Assembly (NCBI GenBank): GCA_048013815.1
Contig: CM106586.1
Location: 17,050,001-17,114,000 of the forward strand
DNA from: Setoptus koraiensis
Taxonomy: Eukaryota > Animalia > Arthropoda
DNA length: 64,000 nucleotides
Reading direction: 5' to 3'
Made by a program: the position numbers and the translations under genes. The notes under the pieces are model-generated. The model searched no databases. It saw only the letters and a list, made by a program, of their open reading frames with translations, and was not told the origin of the DNA. Shown piece after piece: positions 1 through 8,791 of the stretch (positions are counted from its first letter, which is position 1; every line of letters begins with the position of its first letter).

Positions 1-775
1 CAGGTAAGACATTCCTTCTAGCTATCAATAGAGCTATGCGATCCGACATATGCAATGTTATCCTATATATGATGTAATATATTGAGAAGTGAATGGAAAC
101 AAATATGTGACCTTCAACCACTGTATATAATGATTGGAAGAAAGATTTCCGTCCAGCAGTATAGCTGATATAAGTTCTCCAAAAGTTTATGACAACCCAT
201 ATATGAATAATATAACCATAATTCCTTGCAAATTCTTCTAGACTTTTCACAAGCTTCTTGAAGATACTTCGACTTGTCCTTTCCGCCGTTTGCTCACTGC
301 GAATTAGAGCTGATATATCGCAGCCGTCACTCTTCTTCAAGATCAAATCAAAGTAATGATAATTCAACACTCCTACCACAAATGTTGCAAAACTGTTCAC
401 GAAAAAAAAAATGTGCGGAGCAAGAATCAAGAAGCAATAACGAAACTTTTTTACTCCAGATGAGTTCTTGATTGAGCCTAAAAATATTCCTTTCGGCGAT
501 CCAGTTGCTTTGGCGACTGGATCGCCGACCATAGTGATATAAATAGTGACATAAATGAAATATCCGATCACGAGTAGTCGTAGGATTGTGTTGATTGCTA
601 GCGAATTGGTTAATTTGAGAGCACCTGTTAGTCTAAATATCAATTCGATCCAATAAATACGATCTTTCAATGTTCTTCGTGTTTCTTCATTTCTGATTTT
701 CTTCAAATTTCCAGCAACAGAAAGTTCTGGTCTCCCCTTTGAATATTCGCAATCTCGAGATTCGTCAATTGCCAT
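1..775 (-). CDS. Divergent 7-TM gustatory-receptor-like protein, copy A (5' part; runs off the left edge)
   Basis: Manual translation from ATG at 775 gives MAIDESRDCEYSKGRPELSVAGNLKKIRNEETRRTLKDRIYWIELIFRLTGALKLTNSLAIN...IYYIIYRITLHMSDRIALLIARRNVLP. It is open for 258 codons to position 1 and clearly paralogous to 2711-4000 and 4990-6330. Absent from the ORF track because there is no stop in the window. Confidence 0.85.
   Translation of the reverse strand, partial: MAIDESRDCEYSKGRPELSVAGNLKKIRNEETRRTLKDRIYWIELIFRLTGALKLTNSLAINTILRLLVIGYFIYVTIYITMVGDPVAKATGSPKGIFLGSIKNSSGVKKFRYCFLILAPHIFFFVNSFATFVVGVLNYHYFDLILKKSDGCDISALIRSEQTAERTSRSIFKKLVKSLEEFARNYGYIIHIWVVINFWRTYISYTAGRKSFFQSLYTVVEGHIFVSIHFSIYYIIYRITLHMSDRIALLIARRNVLP
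493..528. repeat. Perfect 13-bp inverted repeat (hairpin) inside copy A coding sequence
   Basis: tcggcgatccagt (493-505) and actggatcgccga (516-528) are exact reverse complements with a 10-nt spacer; not present in paralogs C or D. Confidence 0.9.
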
Positions 776-1245
776 TGTCAATCATCTATTTCTTCGTCAA
801 TTTGTGTTCTATGATATGGTAGAGATTTGAAAAGAAGGCCAAACTCAATTTCCAATCGCGGTGTGGTCGCAAGAATCACTGATGATTCTAAGGAGAATAG
901 ATTGGATTTCTCGATGTTCTATCGGAGTGCATCGACATATCTTCAATATCTTAACTTATGGACTTTGATGCACGTCCATTTCGTGTATCAAAGTATAAAT
1001 TGTACAGCCCTCGCATTTTTATCGTGTGCGCTTCGGGATTGGCTTGTCAAGATTCGGGATCAACATACATATGATCGTTTATTTCTCGTTTGATTTCTTC
1101 TATACAAACATTGCTTGACAGCTACTCTGGATATGGATAATGGTAATGAAAAATAAATTCATTACATGACAAGCGACTCCACTACACAGGTATATTTGCA
1201 CGACATTTTCTGGTAGACGGTTACGCTCAATTAAATAGTCTAGTT
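776..1245 (-). repeat. Duplicated upstream block of the receptor-like genes (homologous to about 4010-4400 and 6340-6790)
   Basis: Shared strings such as gaatagatt, tataaatt, gtcaagatt/gagatttgg. gtagacggttacgct is identical at 1213-1227 and 6760-6774. Stops interrupt the minus-strand frames checked, so it appears non-coding. Confidence 0.7.
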
Positions 1246-1450
1246 GATCACTATTCCTTGTGTTTGATGTGACATCAATTCCTAACGATAACTACATTTT
1301 CACGTGTCTCATCGGTCTAGTTGGTTTCTAGTAAGCTGTCTCGATTCTTATGATGATTTGTTATCAATTACTTCAGTGCAGAAAGGAGAGGAATAGTCGC
1401 TCGAAAATGACATTGTATTTATACCGTTACCCTGTTTAACATTTATAAAT

Positions 1451-1886
1451 AATGGATGTTCTTTACATCACGGAGATAACACGGTTGAGTAGAGATTTTC
1501 TTGATTCAAATTATTTGATTTAAATTATGATTGAAATCGTTTGGTTTGAATCAATGGTTTTAATCAATGAGAATCTAGTCACAATTGAAAATGTAATTTA
1601 AATCGTGGTTTTAATGGTCTGTAATGGTTTGATTAAAATCAACATGGTTTCAATTGAGTTTAATTCGATTTTTCCATTGCCCAGGCCTATTGAAATCACT
1701 GCGGTTGATATTAATCGCAAAAAAATCTTAGAAACCAAGATTTAAATAAAAAAAACATAACATCAACAAAGCCATTTAGACAAAAAATTCAATTTTGACC
1801 ATGACTGATTGCTTGAGCTTGCTGATTTAAATCGACAAAATCTCCACTTTAACTCCGTTATCTTCGTGATGTAAAGAACACTCATT
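1451..1886. mobile_element. MITE-like element with long imperfect terminal inverted repeats
   Basis: tgttctttacatcacg(g/a)agataac at 1457-1480 is inverted at 1857-1880, with imperfect pairing extending to about 55 bp. The interior is AT-rich and non-coding. A possible 9-bp TSD is tttataaat (1442-1450) / tttatgaat (1888-1896). Confidence 0.6.
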
Positions 1887-1889
1887 TTT

Positions 1890-2690
1890 TATGAATCACT
1901 GGGAAGACTAAACGAGTTGTTGTCTCTTTAGTCTTTGTCGGTGTTGCCACCGAAGATGAGGATACTGGCCAATAGGATGAGGGTAGATATTACATGCGTC
2001 ATTTAGACAAATATAGCCAGCGATGTTGCTGTGTTGTAATAATAGCGTTAGCAAGAGCTAACGTTTTCCCATTATTCGCAGAAGCAATGTTGATTGCAAT
2101 CGAAAGAGATAATTCTGACAACAGACTACTACAATTAGTCGTCAGATTTCGCCCCTCGTAGTCAGATGCTTGACTCATTTTTACATTGTTGAGTTATTCG
2201 GAACCATGACACTTCTCGCCACAAGTGACGATACTCAGAGGGCAATAGTCTTTTAGCGAAGGTTGGGATAGATATAAGCCAATTCATTCAGAAGTAGAGA
2301 CAATGCTTATTTATAAATTTTATAATATATTGCATAAAAATTACAAGTAATTGTGTAAACATCAGGCATCTCCGACAATGATCTGAAAATAGGTTGTTGT
2401 CCAATAACATAACGGGACAGGGACAAACAATGCAACAAATCATAGATGAACAAAATAACCGTAATCTTTTGTGGATTTCTAAGAACTACAAATCGGATTT
2501 CCAAGTGCAATTTTGACCAGCATGCAATTCGGGAAAATATTCTGCTTTCATAAAATTCTACAGTTGCGGGATAGTTGATCAAATCAGTATTATATAGAAA
2601 TGATACAAGTTTCGTGTGGATTTTTAATTGAATCACTGACACAAGGAGAGTCGGATAAATAAAAAAGTGATGACATTCATATCCTTTCAC
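1890..2690 (-). pseudogene. Degenerate receptor-like paralog, copy B
   Basis: ORF 2307-2690 ends ...RYVIGQQPIFRSLSEMPDVYTITCNFYAIYYKIYK*, aligning with GYIVGRKSLYRSLSTIPDGHIVISNHIAIYYIIYRI of copy C. There is a stop where paralogs have ATA(Ile), further stops downstream, and no N-terminal half. Extent below 2307 is tentative. Confidence 0.6.
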
Positions 2691-2710
2691 TTTGTGATGA
2701 AAATGGGCCG

Positions 2711-4000
2711 CTATGTGTAATTAAATTTGTCGACAATCCGCAGTTTTCCCACATAGGCTGATAGCTCATTCATCGTAACAACAATTGTTATAATCAATAA
2801 ATTGATAGTAATGAGTTGCCTCATACTTGGTTTGAGCCAATTCGTTGGTCCTATGCTACAGATATCTTCAACTAGACGTCTAAGTAGACGGATGTCATTC
2901 TTTTTCATCAACTCGTTAAATGCATAAGGCATTTGCTCGTTGTACGCATCTGTTGATCCAAGATGATAAGTGTTCTCCGACAGATCCAACAATAGTCGCG
3001 AATTTTCATGAATTCTCTGATATCCAAAAGTGAATATCAGCATGACAGCTATTGTTTGGGAATAATTCAACAATAGACATATGAAAACACTATGTTTTCG
3101 TGTCTCGAGGGCTTCTATGATAGTGTAGAAGCGTCTCACCATAAAAAGCACTAGATGAGTATAATTTATGAGGTAGGGTATACTAACCTGGCCTCTGATC
3201 AGTAGCATTGCATCACGAGTTTGCATGAGGGTGTCCAAAATGACTGTCATAGGAAGGACGTTTCTTCTAGCTATCAATAGAGCTATGCGATCCGACATGG
3301 CCAATGTTATCCTGTATATGATATAATATATTGCGATGTGATTACTAATAACTATATGACCGTCAGGTATTGTTGATAATGATCGGTACAAAGACTTTCG
3401 TCCAACAATATAACCGAGATAAAACCTTGGAAGCAGTACAGCAGACCAGGTATAAACTAAAACACCATATTCTCTCGCAAATCGGTGCATTCTCCCAGCG
3501 GAGTTTCTAAGGATATTGCGACTTTTCCTACCCCCCGTTCGTTCACTGTGGAGGAGAGCTAATATATCGTCTCCATCATTCTTGTTCAAGATCGAATCGA
3601 AATAATGATAATTCAACACTCCTGGCACAAATGTTGCGATATAGTTCATGAGAAGAGTGATGCTTGGAAGAATGAGCATAGTGAAATAGCGAATCATGCC
3701 AATTCCAGCCGAGTTCTTGAACGAGCTGAAATATTTTACATTCGGCAACCTAGCTTCGTTGGCGAACATACTGCAATAGATGGCATATCCGGAAATGAGT
3801 AATCGTTGGACAATGTTGATTGCTAGCGAATTGGTTAATTTGAGTGAACCTGTTAGTCTAAATATCAATTCGATCCAATAAATACGATCCTTCAATGTTC
3901 TTCGTGTTGTTTCATTTTTGATTTTCTTTGAATCGCCAGCAATGGAAATTTCCGGCCTTCTCTTTGGGCGTTCGCAATCTCGAAATTCTTTGGTGGCCAT
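2711..4000 (-). CDS. Divergent 7-TM gustatory-receptor-like protein, copy C (429 aa, intronless)
   Basis: About seven hydrophobic segments with GR-like spacing (long loop TM4-TM5; post-TM6 YQRIHENSRLLLDL). The C-terminal GPTNWLKPSMRQLITINLLIITIVVTMNEL aligns positionally with the GR TM7 TYhhhhhQF region. The ORF is certain; the GR assignment is inference. Confidence 0.7.
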   Translation of the reverse strand: MATKEFRDCERPKRRPEISIAGDSKKIKNETTRRTLKDRIYWIELIFRLTGSLKLTNSLAINIVQRLLISGYAIYCSMFANEARLPNVKYFSSFKNSAGIGMIRYFTMLILPSITLLMNYIATFVPGVLNYHYFDSILNKNDGDDILALLHSERTGGRKSRNILRNSAGRMHRFAREYGVLVYTWSAVLLPRFYLGYIVGRKSLYRSLSTIPDGHIVISNHIAIYYIIYRITLAMSDRIALLIARRNVLPMTVILDTLMQTRDAMLLIRGQVSIPYLINYTHLVLFMVRRFYTIIEALETRKHSVFICLLLNYSQTIAVMLIFTFGYQRIHENSRLLLDLSENTYHLGSTDAYNEQMPYAFNELMKKNDIRLLRRLVEDICSIGPTNWLKPSMRQLITINLLIITIVVTMNELSAYVGKLRIVDKFNYT

Positions 4001-4633
4001 TCTGAATAATCTAATTCTTTAATTTGTGCTCTACAATTCTAATTATAGTAAACATTTGAGGTCGAAACCAATGTCAACATAAAAATTCTAGCAAAAAAAT
4101 CTTGCAATTTCAACTGATTTTGTATTCACATGATTTGCTGAGAATCTCGGAAGAATAGATTAGAAGTCTCAACCTTCTATCCCAGTAAACCTGTACGTTC
4201 ATTGCGTGCAGAGAATTATAAATTATGAAGCTCATGGCTCAATATAACGTGCGCTTCGTTATTGCCTTGTCAAGATTTGGCACAAGTTTTTTGTGGGATA
4301 AGATCATTATTGGTCTATTTCTTGCTTGAATTCTTGTATCCCAACATTGATTGCCAGCTGCAATGAATATTTAGCAATCAGAGAAACACAACATACGACA
4401 ATGAAAAACTTAAACGACATATTCAGGTAGGTTTAGTCTGGATATAAACATGTAGAGCTATTACTCTAGCATAGGATTTTCGGTTGGGAGCCGAGTTTAT
4501 TCTCGCATACTGATGCCAAAGGCGCAAACCAACTTTACTCGATCAATTCAAAATGCTGAAATTGTTGTCCTACACACCCATCCTACTAAGAATGTGCTCT
4601 TCTTGTCAGCTATGGCAACATGTTACAAGGACC

Positions 4634-4993
4634 CTAAAATCTCACCACCAACGAGTGAATCTCTCGGTCCGTATGACACGCTCCGATTATAATTAGATCC
4701 TGGCCATACCAATAGGGGTACAAATATTGCGGACATTGGCACTCTGGGTGGACTGTCTCACCGTTGGCGGCTCGACGCTGCCTAGAGCCAGCCAACTGAT
4801 TTCTGTTGTGATGCAAATCACTTGTTGTTGTTGTTGTTTGCTGAATAAAATTGTTGTTGGTGTCGGCCGGTTGGTTGTTGTGACTGGAATCCGAAGCGGC
4901 CTGGTCGTTTTTGGCGATGTTGAATTGTGAGTAGAAGTTGTGCGTCATTGCTATGGGACTGATAAATACCAGGTATAAGGTGATGACATTCAT
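4634..4993 (-). CDS. Possible small secreted propeptide (119 aa, orphan)
   Basis: Hydrophobic N-terminus MNVITLYLVFISPIA, N/Q/T-rich spacer, RQRR furin-type site, then a 45-aa Cys/Tyr-containing C-terminal peptide. Its ATG overlaps the copy D stop (ATGA). Confidence 0.4.
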   Translation of the reverse strand: MNVITLYLVFISPIAMTHNFYSQFNIAKNDQAASDSSHNNQPADTNNNFIQQTTTTTSDLHHNRNQLAGSRQRRAANGETVHPECQCPQYLYPYWYGQDLIIIGACHTDREIHSLVVRF

Positions 4994-6330
4994 GTAGTCC
5001 GATTTTGTGATGAAAATGAGACGTTATGGGAAACTAAATTTTTCGACAATCTATTACCGCCCCATTTTCCCACATAGGCTGATAGCTCATTCATCGATAC
5101 AACCATTGCTATAGCTAATAAATTGAGAGTAATGAGTTGCCTCATAGTTGGTTTGAGCCAATTCGTTAGTCCGATGTTACAGACATCGTCGACTAGACGT
5201 CGAAGTAGACGAATGTCATTCTTTTTCATCAACTCGTTCAATGCAGAGGGCGTTTGCTCCAAGTAAGTCTGTAAGTAATCTGTTGTTCCGAGATAATAAT
5301 TGTTCTCTAACAGATTCAACAACAGTCGAGAATTCTCATGAATTCTCTGATATCCAACAATCACCATCATCATGAAACTTGTCGCTTGAGAATAGTTCAA
5401 CAACAGACACAAGAAAATACGATATTCCTTCTTCCAAATTGCTTCTATGATGGTGTAGAAGCGTCTCAACATGTAAAATACAGCATGAAAATAAGTTATG
5501 TACCACACTATGGTGACCTGTTTTCTGATCAGTAGCATTACATCACGAGTGTGCATAACGGTGTCCAAAATGGCTGTCATAGGCAGGACGTTTCTTCTAA
5601 CAATCAACAGAGCTATGCGATCCGACATAGACAATGTTATTCTATATATGATGTAATATATTGCGACGCTATTACAAATCAATATATGACCCTCAATTAT
5701 CGTTAATAATGATTGGAAGAAAGGTTTTCGTCTAGCAGTATAACTAATATAAAATCTTGCAAAAATTACAACAAACCATATATGAGCAAAATAGCCATGG
5801 TCTCTGGTGAGTCGGTTCATTCTTCCAGCAGAGTTTCTAAGGACACATCGACTAGTCCTGCCTGCTGTTTGTTCACTGCGGAGGTGAGCTAATATATCGT
5901 CTCCATCATTCTTGTTCAGGATCAATTCGAAGTGATGATAATTCAACACTGATACCACAAATGTTGCGACATTGGTCACGAGAATAGTAATGTTCGGAAC
6001 CACGAACATAGCAAAATATCGAATCATGTCGATTCCAGGTGAGTTTCTGAATGAGCTGTAATGCATTTCATTCCGCAACCAAACTTCTTTGGTGAAAATA
6101 TTGCAATAAATGAAATATCCGTTGATGAGTAATCGTTGGACTATGTTGATTGCTAGCGAATCCGTTAATTTGAGCGAACCTGTCAGTCTAAATAACAATT
6201 CGATCCAATAAATACGATCTTTCAATGTTCTTCGTGTTCTCTCATTCTTAACTTTTCTACAATCGCCAATACTAGAAATTCCCTGGTTTCTCTTCGGATA
6301 TTCGCAATGTCGAGACTCTTTAATCGCCAT
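4990..6330 (-). CDS. Divergent 7-TM gustatory-receptor-like protein, copy D (intronless)
   Basis: Paralog of copy C throughout. The start was set at ATG 6330 (MAIKES...) by alignment with copies A and C; the track start at 6336 is TTG. A small indel near the 3' end gives a different C-terminal tail. Confidence 0.72.
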   Translation of the reverse strand: MAIKESRHCEYPKRNQGISSIGDCRKVKNERTRRTLKDRIYWIELLFRLTGSLKLTDSLAINIVQRLLINGYFIYCNIFTKEVWLRNEMHYSSFRNSPGIDMIRYFAMFVVPNITILVTNVATFVVSVLNYHHFELILNKNDGDDILAHLRSEQTAGRTSRCVLRNSAGRMNRLTRDHGYFAHIWFVVIFARFYISYTARRKPFFQSLLTIIEGHILICNSVAIYYIIYRITLSMSDRIALLIVRRNVLPMTAILDTVMHTRDVMLLIRKQVTIVWYITYFHAVFYMLRRFYTIIEAIWKKEYRIFLCLLLNYSQATSFMMMVIVGYQRIHENSRLLLNLLENNYYLGTTDYLQTYLEQTPSALNELMKKNDIRLLRRLVDDVCNIGLTNWLKPTMRQLITLNLLAIAMVVSMNELSAYVGKWGGNRLSKNLVSHNVSFSSQNRTT

Positions 6331-7920
6331 TCTCAATCATATAATTTTTCTATAATTTTTGTTCTTTGTCTGGCTAACTCGGTTTGGTGAGGATTTTCAG
6401 GAGAGTAAACCATAAGTCTCAACCCTGTATCGCAGTGAATCTACATGCCGCCGATATTTTATGCACGTTAATTGCGTGCGTAAAAGTATAAATTGTATAC
6501 CCCTGGATCAATATTGAGTTCGCTACAGGATCGACCCATCGAGATTTGGGACAAGCGTACATGTGATGAGAGCAGTAATGCGTTGTTGTTAGATCTTGTT
6601 AGATTTCCCCGATTCTAGCATTGATTTTCAGCTATCTTCAATGTTGAGAAGCGAGAGAAACGCAGCATACGGATTCGAAAAATAGATTTCAGACTCAAAA
6701 ATAGATCACGAGACAAGCGAACACTCCACAGGTTTATATTTTGTGCAATGTTTTTTTTTGTAGACGGTTACGCTTAATCGAATAGTCTTTTCATAACTAT
6801 TTTTTAGGCTATAATCAGTTGGAATCTTTTGTACCTGGAAAGGAGGTTTACCTTGTAAGCGCAATTTTCCGTATCATCAACCATTCAATAGTTGATAAAC
6901 ATTGAGAAAAACCGGAAGAACTTGAATTGATCAAGCATCTACCGGTTTACGTCATATTTCTCTTCCTTCTTATCAGCCATGAATATATAGATGAAGTGTC
7001 ATGGCCAATAAGAAAGTAGATAAATATGACATTACCCGGTAAATGCTTGATCACTCCAAGTTATTCGGGTTTTTCTCAATATTTATTAACTATTGACGTC
7101 AAGTTTTTCGGCTATACAATTCAATGTTAATAAACCATTTGATAGTTAATGTTAACGGAGAGAAAATGGCGATCGAGGAAGCAAAGTCTGAAAATGGCTC
7201 TATCGTAAAGAAAAATTGTATTAAAAAAAATAATTGTATGGATGGGGTCCGCTTGCTCGAATGACACTTATTGGCTAGATAGCTGCTTGTCAAGCTTGGC
7301 ACATGGAGGCACTATGACGTGGGCGCGATGAGTGCACTGGGCATGCTCGCGAGATGTATCCATCGAGACGCTGGTGTAAACATGACTTCTTACAATGGCA
7401 AGCACGAATGTATCGCCTTATTCGCGAGTCGCGACAATTATTTATAACACAAAAGCAAATCATATGTTGTGTATTTGCTCTGTTGTCGGAGCACCCCCTA
7501 TGACTCACTCAAAAGTATGCACTCAAAAGACACTTGAACATTTGTGTGACATATTTGCCGTAATTGTTGGCCAAGATAAAACTGTATTATCAAGATCATT
7601 GTATTGTCAAGTCAATTATTATCAAGATACTTGTGCCCGATAAACAGCACAAATGGGACTGTGTCAATAAGGACAAACCAATGGATGGAAACGACTCTCA
7701 ACGTCTCTCTGCCTCTAATCTAATTGAAATTAGTTAATTAGGATAATCAGCAAGATTGTGTGAACGATCTCCTGTTTCGGACATTATGAGGCGCAGGTAA
7801 TTATGATAAATAAATTGGCACGTTTTGTTGTGCATCCCGAGCTGGCCTGTTGGGCGCCATCGGACAGTTAGCGGCCAGAAGACAGGCAGTTGATGATTAT
7901 TGTTCGCTCATTTACTCATC

Positions 7921-7976
7921 TCTTACAGTAAGAGTCTTACTGTAAGAGTCTTACTGTAAGAGTCTTACTGTAAGAG
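7921..7976. repeat. 14-bp tandem repeat x4 with double dyad symmetry
   Basis: tcttac(a/t)gtaagag repeated four times; both cttac-N-gtaag and gtaaga-N-tcttac are palindromic. Confidence 0.95.
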
Positions 7977-8791
7977 TCTCAGCAAGACACATCAGTGACA
8001 GGTAGCTGTAGCGAGCGGCCACTAGCGCCTAGAAACCGATTGATTGATGACGATAGCCAATGTTGATCGATATCGGCTCTAGACACGCTGAAACAAGTGC
8101 ACATAACGACACGCTAGCGACGAGTTATCTTGATGGCTCTAATTGTGGCTTGTTGTTGTTGCTTGATTGGTTCACGTTGGATACAAAGTGAGTTTTTTGT
8201 TAGTTGTAGCGAGACGAGAAAACCATCTTGAGATGATCAGTTCGCTCTCGTTATCAGATTGCAAACGGGCTGTCGATGTGTCATCAACAACATCTCAGCA
8301 AGCTGCCAGTGACGTGAGTTTTGAGTGATTGCCACCACCAATTCACACCATTCCACACCATTAATCGAAGAAATTTCCTATTTTGGCCCCGTCAACATTT
8401 TGTGTTCAGTTACAGTTAATTAACACGACACACACACACACACAATTGATTGGTGCTCACTCTAGTCAAATCTCTCTAGGCAAGTCAACATCCAGCTGAA
8501 CGCAACGAAAAATCGCTGGTTGGTTGCTTAATTACTAATTGGTTGTTCGTTGATTGTTGCTGGCGACCTGCAGCTATCGTCGCACATATTGAAAGCTGAG
8601 GAAAGTGTAACATTGGTAGCTCAATCGGATGGACAATATCAGCGGCCTAAACATTATATTGCAATTATTATAAATATTGTCTATTACTATTAATACAGTC
8701 AGAATTACTACAGTTATTTGGCCAAGCTCGACAAGTTACGACAGTTATTCGGCAAACTGTAGCTGTCCGCACAATTCAAACACAATTATAA

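Noticed and set aside
776-1245. Possible extra coding exon upstream of the receptor-like genes
   Set aside because: Stops occur in the minus-strand frames checked in copies A, C and D; treated as duplicated non-coding flank.
7099-7643. Short Cys-containing ORFs between the receptor array and ABCC
   Set aside because: Overlapping, short, non-ATG or without a motif; no support.
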